A stretch of DNA of 64,000 nt from Woeseiaceae bacterium (GTDB lineage Bacteria; Pseudomonadota; Gammaproteobacteria; Steroidobacterales; Woeseiaceae): the NCBI GenBank assembly GCA_024640365.1, contig JAHEFE010000004.1:39959-103958 (forward strand), read 5' to 3'. Within the stretch, counting starts at the first letter, position 1; each line of letters opens with the position of its first letter. This document shows positions 10,452 through 19,681 of this stretch, piece by piece. A program made the translations under genes and the position numbers. Below the pieces are notes generated by a model. The model searched no databases. It was not told the origin of the DNA and worked only from the letters and a program-made list of their open reading frames with translations.

Positions 10452-11615
10452 ATGTCGCCAAAAGCCAAGCGTATTGGTTTAATATTTCTGATATTGATTG
10501 TCGCCGTTCTGGTGGCAGTGGGGCTCGGCAAATTGAAGCCGCCGCCCGTAAAGAAAGAAGCTTCCCAGGTAGAGATTGTTATCGATACGTTGGCCCTGAC
10601 GGCAAGTTCCGTAGCCTTTACGGTGGAAAGTCAGGGTACCGTTCTGCCGCGCACAGAAACAGTTCTCGGAGCAGAAGTCGCGGGGTCGATAGTGAGTATA
10701 TCGTCCAAGTTTGTGGCTGGCGGCGTATTTGCAAAGAATGAAGAGTTGCTGCGTATTGACCCCACTAACTATGAATACGCCGTTGCGCAGGCGCAGGCGC
10801 TACTTGATCAGCGTTCAATAGAGTACGAGGGTGCCAAGAAGCTCAAAGCGCAAGGTTATCGTGCTGAGGCGGAAATGGCCTCGGCTACTGCAGCGCGGGC
10901 GCTTGCCGAAGCCGATCTCGTTAGAGCCAGGCGTAATCTGGACCGCACCAGTATCAGGCTCCCATACGCCGGTTTGGTGCGCTCCAAGGATGTCGACATT
11001 GGTCAGTACGTCAATCCCGGCAGTCGCCTGGGAGTGACTTTTGCGACGGACATCGCTGAAGTGCGTCTCGCACTGGCGGATAGCGATCTTGGCTTTCTCG
11101 AGTTGCCAGCTGTAGCGGCTTTAGCCGCCTATGGCGAACAAAAGGGACCTAAAGTCGTGCTTTCGGCTACTCAGCGCGGCATTCCGATGAAGTGGGACGC
11201 ACGTATCGTCCGCACCGAGGGTGTCGTGGACGAGAAAAGCCGGGCAACCTACGTCGTTGCCAGAATTGAGGATCCCTACTTATTGAAAAACTCCGCGGGC
11301 AAATCAGAACCACTGCCTGTAGGTACCTTCGTGCATGCAAGTATTGAGGGTAAAACAGTCGACAATGTTATTCGTATCCCACGCTCGGCGATTCGGGGCA
11401 ATGGCCAGGTGGTATTTGTCGATGACGAAGATCGCTTGCGCATTCGGTCGGTGCAGGTTTTACGCTCTGACGCGGAGTACGCCTACCTCGTCGGCGGGGC
11501 AAATGTCGGTGACCGTATCAGCATTACAGCGATTGAGTCGCCGATTAACGGCCTGAAAGTGAATACAACCGACAACGATGCGGACGATATGCCCGTTACG
11601 TCTGATAATGAATAG
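10452..11615 (+). CDS. RND efflux periplasmic adaptor (MFP/HlyD family)
   Basis: 387 aa with an N-terminal anchor, a coiled-coil hairpin region (AQAQALLDQ...AEADLVRARRNL) and beta-barrel motifs (IRLPYAGLV). Lies directly upstream of the RND permease. Confidence 0.85.
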   Translation: MSPKAKRIGLIFLILIVAVLVAVGLGKLKPPPVKKEASQVEIVIDTLALTASSVAFTVESQGTVLPRTETVLGAEVAGSIVSISSKFVAGGVFAKNEELLRIDPTNYEYAVAQAQALLDQRSIEYEGAKKLKAQGYRAEAEMASATAARALAEADLVRARRNLDRTSIRLPYAGLVRSKDVDIGQYVNPGSRLGVTFATDIAEVRLALADSDLGFLELPAVAALAAYGEQKGPKVVLSATQRGIPMKWDARIVRTEGVVDEKSRATYVVARIEDPYLLKNSAGKSEPLPVGTFVHASIEGKTVDNVIRIPRSAIRGNGQVVFVDDEDRLRIRSVQVLRSDAEYAYLVGGANVGDRISITAIESPINGLKVNTTDNDADDMPVTSDNE

Positions 11616-11630
11616 CGTGAGATTGATTTA

Positions 11631-14600
11631 ATGGGGCCGATGGAAACAGAACAGAAGGGATTGATTGCCTGGTTTGCGGCCAATCACGTCGCAGCGAACC
11701 TGCTCATGTTGATGATTATCGCGTTCGGCATTGCGGCGGCATTTACTGTGCGCAAACAGAGCACGCCGGATATCACGCTCAATAATATTACGATAACCGT
11801 TCCCTATCTGGGTGCCGCGCCGCAGGAAGTGGAAGAGGGTGTCGTCATCAAGATCGAAGAAGCGATCGCGGATGTTGATGGCATTTCAAAAATGACCTCG
11901 AGAGCGCGCGAGGGCGTTGGCACAGTAACCGTAGAATTAAAGACTAACGCTGACCTCAATGAGGTGCTCGCCGTCATCAAAAATCGAATTGATGCGATTT
12001 CGACATTCCCAGGATTGACCGAGAAACCGATTATTGCACAGCAGGAAATTCCATTTCACGTCGTATTCTTGTCGATCTATGGCGATCTGGACATATTTGC
12101 ACGGAAAGCACTTTCACAAGAGATTCGCGACGAATTGGTGGCAATCCCTGCGGTGAGTCGTGTGCAAATCTTTGGCGATCGACCTTACGAAATCAGTATT
12201 GAGGTATCGGAAGACGATCTTCGCAAGTATGGCCTGAGTATGAGCGAGATTTCACAGGCGATACGGAACTCGTCGGTCGATATGCCCGGCGGAGCCATTA
12301 AGTCGGAAGGTGGCAGCATTCTTCTGCGTACGGAAGGTCAGGTGTATACCGGAGCTGAATTCGGCGATCTGGTTTTACGCAATTACCCGGATGGCTCTAA
12401 ACTCCTGTTGCGTGAAGTTGCCAATATCAAGGATGAATTTTCCGAGAGCGAATCCTGGGGTATTTTTAACGGCGAGCCAGCGGTTGTCATGCGTGTTTTG
12501 GCACTCGGTGAGCAAAACGAACTGGATACAGCGGCAGCCGTAAAGGACTACGTCGCGAAGAAATCCAAGATGCTTCCAGATAATGTGAAACTTGATGTTT
12601 GGGTAGACCGGTCTTTCTATCTGGAGGGACGTCTGGAGTTGATGATCCAGAATATGCTGCAGGGCGGCCTTGTCGTGTTCATCATTCTTGCGTTGTTCGT
12701 ACGGTTGAGAGTAGCCGCATGGGTCATCCTGGGTATACCCATCGCATTTTTCGGCGCTCTCTGGTTGATGCCTTACGGACCTTGGCCGACGACGATCAAC
12801 ATGATTAGTTTGTTCGGATTTATTTTAGTACTGGGTATTGTTGTAGACGATGCAATCATCATTGCCGAAAGTGTCTATACCAAAATACGGGCGGATGGCC
12901 ATTCCCTCGATAATGTGATTCTTGGTGCCAAGAAGGTGGCAACTCCGGCTACTTTTGGTGTATTGACGACTATTGCAACTTTCGCACCCATGTTGTTTGT
13001 TGGCGGATTTGCCGGTCCATTTTTTGAGGCTATGTCCGTAGTCATTATTTTGTGTCTGCTCTTTTCGCTGGTTGAATCCAAGCTAATTCTTCCGGCACAT
13101 TTGGCGCACATGAAATTGCATGTCATTCCGGACGAGGAGATCTTCCGTCCGTATCACGATTTCGGCTTCATTAAGCGGATACCTATGTTTTTCCGCCGCT
13201 TCCAGAGGCGTGTGCAAATAGGTATGCACACCGTTATTGATAAGCACTACGAACCCTTCGTGCGCAAAGCAATCAATAATCGCGGTGTGACTGTGACTAT
13301 ATTTTTCGCGATGTTAATTTTGGCGGCAGGGGTAATGCAGAGCGGCTTGGTGCGCGTCGTAGTCTTTCCGGAAATTCCGAGTGACTTCCTGGTTGCGAAT
13401 CTTGAGATGCAGGACGGTACCTCAACGGAGTCCCGTGACAAAGCCTTGCATCATATGGAAGACGCCTTACAAGCCGTACGCGAGACGTTCAAGAAAGAAA
13501 ATCCTGGCGTTAAAGATCCGGTCAAGCACGTGGCTCTGTTCACCAACGGTGACACGGGCGGTGTCTTCTTCTCAGAGTTGATCAAGGATGAGGATCGCGC
13601 CCTGGAGGGCGAAGAGATTACACAGCTGTGGCGCGACCAGGCGGGAGAGATAGCAGGCGTCAAAACATTATCTTTCTCAGGCGGAGATATGTTTGGTGGC
13701 GGCGCACCATTGAGCTTTAGCCTGGAAGGCAATGATATCGACAAGCTGGCCGCGGCGGCGTCCGAGCTGGAAGCGGAGCTCGTTACTTATGATGGTCTGT
13801 TTGATATTGAAAACTCATTCAGTTCCGGCGGTCGAGAAATTAGTTTGTCCATTAAGCCGGAAGCGGAGGCTTTGGGAATCACGATGGCAACCCTGGGGCG
13901 CCAGGTACGGCAGGCATTTTATGGTGAAGAGGCGCAACGCATTCAACGCGGCAAAGACGAAGTCAAAGTAATGGTTCGTTATCCTCGCGGCGAACGGCGT
14001 TCGATTGCAGACCTCGAAAACATGCGAATCCGCACGCCAACAGGCGAAGAGGTGCCATTTTACTCAGTGGCCGATCTTTCGTTTGGTCAGGCTTTTTCGA
14101 GCATTACGAGGCAAGATCGAAAGCGCACGGTTACCGTTTCTGCGGACCTTGATCCTGAAAAGGTCGAGCCGGGTGTTGTGATTAAAGAGATTGGCGAAAC
14201 GTTCATGCCAGACTTGCTGGCACGTTATCCAGGAGTGAGTTACGAGCTGGAAGGCGCCAGTCTTGAACAACAAGAGTTGGTCGGAAACTTGATGAAGGCG
14301 TCGATCGCTGCGTTGTTCCTGATTTACGCGCTGATCGCTATTCCGTTGAAATCTTATATCCAGCCGTTGCTGATCATGTCGGTAATCCCATTTGGGTTGG
14401 TGGGTGCTGTGATTGGTCATGTGATCATGGGTATCTCAATCAGCATGTTCTCGTTGTTTGGCCTGATTGCATTGGCGGGAGTGGTGGTCAACGACAGTCT
14501 TGTCATGGTGCATTTCATCAATGAGGCGCGCGCGGAAGGTATGGAGCGCATTGAGGCGGTTATTCAATCGGGCACGCAGCGCTTCAGGGCGATCATTCTG

Positions 14601-14831
14601 ACGTCGCTGACCACCGCGGGCGGCTTGATGCCGATCATGCTGGAAAAGAGCTTGCAGGCGAAAATGGTGATTCCAATGGCCGTTTCGCTAGCCTTCGGAA
14701 TCCTGTTTGCGACAGTGATTACGTTATTCCTTGTCCCATGCCTGTACATTCTGGCGGGAGACTTTAGACGTTGGCGTCAGCGGGCAAAACACGTCATGCT
14801 GGGGAGTGAACCTGCACCGAAGCAGTTGTGA
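11631..14831 (+). CDS. RND efflux permease (AcrB/HAE family)
   Basis: 1066 aa with 12-TM, two-large-loop architecture. Typical ...GIVVDDAIII.E and VVNDSLVMV motifs. Confidence 0.9.
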   Translation: MGPMETEQKGLIAWFAANHVAANLLMLMIIAFGIAAAFTVRKQSTPDITLNNITITVPYLGAAPQEVEEGVVIKIEEAIADVDGISKMTSRAREGVGTVTVELKTNADLNEVLAVIKNRIDAISTFPGLTEKPIIAQQEIPFHVVFLSIYGDLDIFARKALSQEIRDELVAIPAVSRVQIFGDRPYEISIEVSEDDLRKYGLSMSEISQAIRNSSVDMPGGAIKSEGGSILLRTEGQVYTGAEFGDLVLRNYPDGSKLLLREVANIKDEFSESESWGIFNGEPAVVMRVLALGEQNELDTAAAVKDYVAKKSKMLPDNVKLDVWVDRSFYLEGRLELMIQNMLQGGLVVFIILALFVRLRVAAWVILGIPIAFFGALWLMPYGPWPTTINMISLFGFILVLGIVVDDAIIIAESVYTKIRADGHSLDNVILGAKKVATPATFGVLTTIATFAPMLFVGGFAGPFFEAMSVVIILCLLFSLVESKLILPAHLAHMKLHVIPDEEIFRPYHDFGFIKRIPMFFRRFQRRVQIGMHTVIDKHYEPFVRKAINNRGVTVTIFFAMLILAAGVMQSGLVRVVVFPEIPSDFLVANLEMQDGTSTESRDKALHHMEDALQAVRETFKKENPGVKDPVKHVALFTNGDTGGVFFSELIKDEDRALEGEEITQLWRDQAGEIAGVKTLSFSGGDMFGGGAPLSFSLEGNDIDKLAAAASELEAELVTYDGLFDIENSFSSGGREISLSIKPEAEALGITMATLGRQVRQAFYGEEAQRIQRGKDEVKVMVRYPRGERRSIADLENMRIRTPTGEEVPFYSVADLSFGQAFSSITRQDRKRTVTVSADLDPEKVEPGVVIKEIGETFMPDLLARYPGVSYELEGASLEQQELVGNLMKASIAALFLIYALIAIPLKSYIQPLLIMSVIPFGLVGAVIGHVIMGISISMFSLFGLIALAGVVVNDSLVMVHFINEARAEGMERIEAVIQSGTQRFRAIILTSLTTAGGLMPIMLEKSLQAKMVIPMAVSLAFGILFATVITLFLVPCLYILAGDFRRWRQRAKHVMLGSEPAPKQL

Positions 14832-14842
14832 TCAGAGGTTCC

Positions 14843-15526
14843 CTAGCGGCGCAGGATGGCCCACCAGCGGGCAATGTTGAGCAAGCTCATCATGGATGCA
14901 GCAACATAGGTCATTGCAGCTGCTTGTAACAGACGCCGCGCGTGGCGTTTGTCGCTCTGAATCAACACGTTGTTTTGCTCCAGCATCGGCAAGGCTCGAT
15001 TGAAGCTCGCGTCGAATTCGGTGGGCAAGGTTACCAGGTGGACGAGGACCGTACTTCCCAGCGTGATAAATCCTGCGGCAAACATCAGCAAACCCATTGC
15101 GGGTACTCGCGTCAGCAGCCCAATGAACGGTGATATCAGAAGTATCGCGGCTCCGAGGCGCTCAACCTTGCGGGAGGCGTTAACCAGGTGGCTGCGGACA
15201 CGCAGCGGTGGATAACCTTCGTTGTCCTGTAGCGCGTGTCCGACCTCGTGGGCAGCGACCGTAATGGCTGTTAGCGAGTGCCCCGTGAATTTGTCCGGTG
15301 ATAATCGTACTGCTTTCTTTTCCGGGTCGTAGTGATCGCCCTGAGTAGTCTCCTCAACGGTAATATCGTGCAATCCGTATTTATCGAGCAGGTGGCGAGC
15401 CAGTTCAGCGCCACTGCCGGAGTAACGATCTTGGGGAGAGCTATATTTTGCCAAAACTCTTCGCACCCATAGTCCGGGGCCAAAGATCGCGGCAATGATA
15501 AGGATTAACAGGACGAGTACTGGCAT
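14843..15526 (-). CDS. Membrane zinc metallopeptidase (YugP/Zn_peptidase_2-like)
   Basis: 227 aa with HEVGHALQ (HExxH) and flanking TM helices. Confidence 0.75.
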   Translation of the reverse strand: MPVLVLLILIIAAIFGPGLWVRRVLAKYSSPQDRYSGSGAELARHLLDKYGLHDITVEETTQGDHYDPEKKAVRLSPDKFTGHSLTAITVAAHEVGHALQDNEGYPPLRVRSHLVNASRKVERLGAAILLISPFIGLLTRVPAMGLLMFAAGFITLGSTVLVHLVTLPTEFDASFNRALPMLEQNNVLIQSDKRHARRLLQAAAMTYVAASMMSLLNIARWWAILRR

Positions 15527-15532
15527 TCAGGA

Positions 15533-16258
15533 CTAGTCTTGCAGGCTGAGATAGACGCGCCGATTGTGCTTGCCTTTCTTTTCCACCTTGTCGATTGAGA
15601 CCCGGCCAACTTCCCCTGTGGATTGAAGATGAGTACCGCCGCAGGGCTGTAAATCCACGCCTGAGATTTCCAGCAGTCGAATCTTGCCAACTCCACGAGG
15701 AGGTTGTACAGACATGGTGCGGACCAAATCCGGTTGGGCGTCGAGCTCTTCATCCGTGATCCAGTGACTACTTACGGGATGGTTATCGTCCACGAGTTTT
15801 TGAACGGCCGCGGTTACGGCCTCTTTGTCGATAGCATCCTGCATATCAAAATCAAGGCGGCTTCTCTGGGCCGTTATGTTTCCGCCGGTTACGCCGTACT
15901 TGAGGACAGTGCCAAGCAAGTGCATTGCCGTATGCATACGCATGTGCCTGTAACGCTGTTCCCAGTCCAGGATGGCAGTGACCTCGCTGCCAACCGGCGG
16001 CAGAGGGCTGCCATCAGCTAGCAGGTGTCTTATTACTCCCTGCTCGCCATGACGGGTGTCGATAACCTTGGCGCTAAGCCCGTTCCACTCAATGCGTCCT
16101 GTGTCGCCTGGTTGCCCACCACCCAACGGATAGAAAACAGTTTTATCGAGTTCCACAGTATTATCACTGGTTGCAGTAACTACTGCTTTACAGTCCCTGA
16201 GGTATGCATCGTCTCGAAACAGCGTCTCGGTCATTGCGTTCGAATCCTTTAAAGTCAA
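15533..16258 (-). CDS. Alanyl-tRNA editing protein (AlaX-M-like)
   Basis: MHTAMHLL (HxxxH) and CGGTH zinc motifs of the Ala/Thr-tRNA synthetase second additional domain. Confidence 0.8.
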   Translation of the reverse strand: MTLKDSNAMTETLFRDDAYLRDCKAVVTATSDNTVELDKTVFYPLGGGQPGDTGRIEWNGLSAKVIDTRHGEQGVIRHLLADGSPLPPVGSEVTAILDWEQRYRHMRMHTAMHLLGTVLKYGVTGGNITAQRSRLDFDMQDAIDKEAVTAAVQKLVDDNHPVSSHWITDEELDAQPDLVRTMSVQPPRGVGKIRLLEISGVDLQPCGGTHLQSTGEVGRVSIDKVEKKGKHNRRVYLSLQD

Positions 16259-16311
16259 ACAGGCAGTGGCAAACGTAGCATAGCTGATGGCTCTAAGGGC
16301 ACTTTGGGCAC

Positions 16312-16342
16312 AAAAAAGCCCGGATCACGGACGGTCCGGGCT
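16312..16342 (-). terminator. Rho-independent terminator (minus strand) after the Cys-rich gene
   Basis: On the minus strand: stem AGCCCGGA / TCCGGGCT, 10-nt loop, then TTTTTT. It begins 23 nt past the stop of 16365..16769. Confidence 0.7.
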
Positions 16343-16364
16343 GGTTCGGATTAGTAGCGGGACG

Positions 16365-16769
16365 CTATTGGAAGACCGACATAGAATTAGACCTGATTTG
16401 GCCGAAGGTGAACTGTTGTTCTTTTGAATTGTTGTATGCAGCAATGATAAGGCGTGCTTCGCGTAGCCAATCACAATCTTCACAGGTACAACTCTGCTCG
16501 TCATGGTTTCTCGCGACAACGCCAGCGGCGATTAAATCGACGCAATACAGGAGTGATGCATGAATGGTAAATAGCGGCTTTTTCGCCAGGTCACTGAATT
16601 TTTCATGGCAGCTGAGCCAGTGGCAGGGTTTGTCAATCGCACAAGAGTGGCAGCTAGCGCTGTCGGCGCGGAAAAAACCACTCTCGATGCAGCGCCTCTC
16701 ATCAATACTGCGGATGATGTACATCCGCGGAAAGGTAAGCGCCTCAATCATCTTTCGCCTCATAGACAC
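16365..16769 (-). CDS. Cys/His-rich hypothetical protein (9 Cys)
   Basis: 134-aa ORF with CHSCAIDKPCHWLSCH and CTCEDC clusters. It has its own terminator downstream and is divergent from the redox operon. Confidence 0.55.
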   Translation of the reverse strand: MSMRRKMIEALTFPRMYIIRSIDERRCIESGFFRADSASCHSCAIDKPCHWLSCHEKFSDLAKKPLFTIHASLLYCVDLIAAGVVARNHDEQSCTCEDCDWLREARLIIAAYNNSKEQQFTFGQIRSNSMSVFQ

Positions 16770-16849
16770 CTCCAGAACGCAGGTGGATCAGACCAGGTTA
16801 ACGCTAAAAATCCTTGCGGATAGCTAAACGCTAATTTACGTCCATGTCC

Positions 16850-16863
16850 ATGATATTTGTCAA
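16850..16863. promoter_or_regulatory. Candidate FNR/CRP-family box
   Basis: ATGATatttGTCAA matches 8 of 10 positions of the FNR consensus TTGAT-N4-ATCAA. It sits in the divergent intergenic region, about 235 nt upstream of the 17098 start. Confidence 0.3.
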
Positions 16864-17097
16864 TTTGGCGGTACTTAATAGCACTCGGATTATCCGTATA
16901 TTCAAGACATGGTGTTTTACGTCAGAGTTCGGCAGGTACAGGTCAAAGGATTAATTTGTCAGGTACACCCGGGGTCTGAATACGGCGGCATGGCGGCGTT
17001 CTCAGTATCGCTCTCGCACCAAATCAGGCTTGTCACTAAAGGTACAGGACTACGAATGTCCGGCTGTCTCGCAGCCAACTCGGTGGAGCAGGAGACA

Positions 17098-18168
17098 ATG
17101 AGCGACAATAGATACCTCTTTAAGCGCGGCCAAACCTGGTGGGTGAAAGTTGCAGTGCCGCGTTCGTTGCGGCAAGAACTTGGGTTCGACCTGCGCCAGT
17201 CCTTGAAGACTCAGGATATTGATGAAGCTCGGCAACAGCGTGACATCGTACTGAAGGAATTTCGCGCCCAAATCGCGACTGCGAAAAAACAACGCGACCA
17301 GGGACGGGCGTGTAAAGCCGTCGCAGGGGAAGGCTTTGAAATCATTGCTCGCGAGGATTTTTCAGACGTCACATATTTACTTGAAGTTAAGGCCCCTTTG
17401 CTTGCCAAGGCGGCCAAGCCGGGCCAGTTTGTGATTGTTATTTCCCACGATCATGGCGAACGCATTCCCTTAACGATTGCCGATTTTAATGTCGTCCGCG
17501 GAACGATCACGCTCGTCATTCAAGCTGTCGGCAAGAGCACACGGGAGATGCAACAAATCTGCCAGGTAGGAACCATGCTTCATAGCATAGTAGGGCCAAT
17601 GGGTATTCCCAGTCATTTAGGTGCGCAAAAAGTAGTTTGTGTCGCCGGTGGACTGGGGGTTGCTCCGGTTTATCCGCAATTAAGAGCGTTCAAACAAAGT
17701 GGTGCATACGTCATCGGCGTGATCGGCTTTCGCAACGCAGATCTTGTGTTCTGGCGGGAAAAATTTGAAAAGTACTGTGACGAGCTGATTATCTGTACTG
17801 ATGACGGTTCGGTCGGCGTCAAGGGTCGGGTCACGCTCGGGCTCGAAATGGCGATGGATAAACACGCGGATATAGATCGCGTCGTCGCAGTTGGTCCACC
17901 CATCATGATGAAAGCATGCGCTGAGGCAACAAGACCGCGTGGGCTGGAAACAATCGTAAGCATGAATCCGATAGTCGTCGATGGCACTGGCATGTGTGGT
18001 GGCTGTCGCGTGACTGTGGGCGATGGCATCAAATTTGCTTGTGTTGATGGCCCCGAGTTCGATGCTCATCAAGTGGATTTTGACGATTTGATTAGTCGCC
18101 TCGGGCGCTTCCGCAAAGATGAGAATGAAGCCATGAGTGTCTGGAAAAAAGCGGTGGGAGCGGTCTGA
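17098..18168 (+). CDS. PyrK/NfnA/SudB-like FAD/[2Fe-2S] electron-transfer subunit with an about 79-aa integrase-arm-like N-terminal extension
   Basis: Start chosen at the ATG preceded by GGAGCAGGAGACA. From FEIIAREDFSDVTYLLEVKAPLLAKAAKPGQFVIV onward it looks like the ferredoxin-NADP reductase-like small partner of GltD-type enzymes, with C-terminal CGGCRV...C. The ORF track allows an earlier start at 16909. Confidence 0.7.
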   Translation: MSDNRYLFKRGQTWWVKVAVPRSLRQELGFDLRQSLKTQDIDEARQQRDIVLKEFRAQIATAKKQRDQGRACKAVAGEGFEIIAREDFSDVTYLLEVKAPLLAKAAKPGQFVIVISHDHGERIPLTIADFNVVRGTITLVIQAVGKSTREMQQICQVGTMLHSIVGPMGIPSHLGAQKVVCVAGGLGVAPVYPQLRAFKQSGAYVIGVIGFRNADLVFWREKFEKYCDELIICTDDGSVGVKGRVTLGLEMAMDKHADIDRVVAVGPPIMMKACAEATRPRGLETIVSMNPIVVDGTGMCGGCRVTVGDGIKFACVDGPEFDAHQVDFDDLISRLGRFRKDENEAMSVWKKAVGAV

Positions 18169-19670
18169 TGGCCAAGAAAACTATACGCAACATCCCCAAG
18201 GACCGAACCGCAATTCCGACCCAGGATGCTGACGTTCGCGCCCATAATTTCCTGGAAGTTTCGCTGGGTTATCGGCAAGAAGATGCAGCCGTGGAATGCG
18301 AGCGCTGCCTGTTATGTCCGAAACCGGTCTGCATTGACGCCTGTCCGGTCAATATCAATATTCCGGCGTTTATCGAGTGCATTAGCAAGCAGGATTTCCG
18401 CGCCGCGTACGATGTCTTGACGGAATCAACGCTTTTGCCTGCCATCTGCGGTCGAGTCTGTCCCCAGGAAGACCAGTGTGAAGGAGTTTGCACGGTTGGC
18501 GAAAGTCTTGAGCCAGTTGCCATTGGCCGACTGGAGCGCTGGGTTGGTGATAAAGCAATTGAAGAAGGTTGGTTTAACAAACCCTTTATCGAACCTAACG
18601 GTTTTCGCATCGGCATCGTTGGCTCAGGCCCCGCAGGTATGGCCTGTGCCGCTGATATGGCGAAAGCGGGTTGCGATGTAACGGTTTTTGAAGCCCTGCA
18701 TGAGGCTGGCGGTGTTTTAAGATACGGAATCCCAGAATTCCGGTTGCCGAATCATGTACTCGATGCTGAGCTCGAAAACCTGAAGAAATTGGGTGTCAAA
18801 ATCCAATGCAATACCCTGGTTGGGCGTCTCTTTACCATTGAAGAGATGCTTACTGAGCACGGCTTCGACTCGGTGTTCATCGGTAGTGGTGCGGGTTATC
18901 CAAGTTTTATGGGTATTGGTGGAGAGTCTCTTAACGGAGTCTTGTCGGCCAATGAACTGCTGACCCGCTGCAACCTGATGGGAGCAACCGAGTTTCCCAA
19001 GTACGACACCCCCCTCGGCCTTGGGAATAAAGTGGCCGTTATCGGTGCCGGCAACACCGCAATGGATGCCCTCCGAGTGTCATTGCGGGCCGGTGCCGAA
19101 AACGTCTACTGCATTTATCGGCGTAGCCGCTCCGAAAGTCCTGCGAGACTTGAAGAGATTGAACATGCCGATGAAGAGGGTGTGCAATTCGAGTGGCTAA
19201 CTGCCCCGATAGAAATTCTCAATGACGGTAACGGCAATGTGCGAGCTATGCGTTGTCAGCGTATGGAACTCGGCGAACCTGACGCATCCGGTCGTCGTCG
19301 CCCCATACCGATTGAAGGTAGCGAATACGAATTCGAGGTCGATACGGTTGTGTATGCCATTGGCACTAACGCAAATCCAATTATCGGACAGACGTCAAAG
19401 ATTGCGCTGAATAAGTGGGGCTACATCGAAACCGATGAGAACCTTGCGACATCAATCAATGGTGTCTATGCCGGTGGCGATATCGTGACTGGCGCCGCTA
19501 CTGTAATCCTGGCGATGGGTGCTGGCCGGAAGGCTGCGCGCGGCATGAAAGCATATCTCGGTATTCGAGATTCCGAATCAGTTTATGAGTCCGACGAAAC
19601 CAATGGCAAGAACAAGCTGTTTGGCATAGATCGGTCTGAGCGTACGTTTGCTCGAGTCCACGTGGCATAG
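18168..19670 (+). CDS. GltD/NfnB/SudA-like NAD(P)H flavoprotein with 2x[4Fe-4S] N-domain
   Basis: CERCLLCPKPVCIDACP and CGRVCPQEDQCEGVC clusters. Two Rossmann motifs: IVGSGPAGMACA and VIGAGNTAMDA. One-nt start/stop overlap (TGATG) with the upstream gene. Confidence 0.85.
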   Translation: MAKKTIRNIPKDRTAIPTQDADVRAHNFLEVSLGYRQEDAAVECERCLLCPKPVCIDACPVNINIPAFIECISKQDFRAAYDVLTESTLLPAICGRVCPQEDQCEGVCTVGESLEPVAIGRLERWVGDKAIEEGWFNKPFIEPNGFRIGIVGSGPAGMACAADMAKAGCDVTVFEALHEAGGVLRYGIPEFRLPNHVLDAELENLKKLGVKIQCNTLVGRLFTIEEMLTEHGFDSVFIGSGAGYPSFMGIGGESLNGVLSANELLTRCNLMGATEFPKYDTPLGLGNKVAVIGAGNTAMDALRVSLRAGAENVYCIYRRSRSESPARLEEIEHADEEGVQFEWLTAPIEILNDGNGNVRAMRCQRMELGEPDASGRRRPIPIEGSEYEFEVDTVVYAIGTNANPIIGQTSKIALNKWGYIETDENLATSINGVYAGGDIVTGAATVILAMGAGRKAARGMKAYLGIRDSESVYESDETNGKNKLFGIDRSERTFARVHVA

Positions 19671-19681
19671 GAAGCGAATTA

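Noticed and set aside
16909-17097. Longer start (MVFYVRV...) for the first redox-operon gene
   Set aside because: There is no SD, whereas the internal ATG at 17098 has GGAGCAGGAGACA upstream. The extra 63 aa look non-protein-like. It remains possible but is less likely.
16300-17340. Prophage or integrative element around the integrase-like fragment
   Set aside because: Only an about 70-aa arm-like segment is present. The window has no recombinase catalytic domain, no tRNA or att-like direct repeats, and no phage structural or regulatory genes. I treat it as a relic fusion, not a mobile element.
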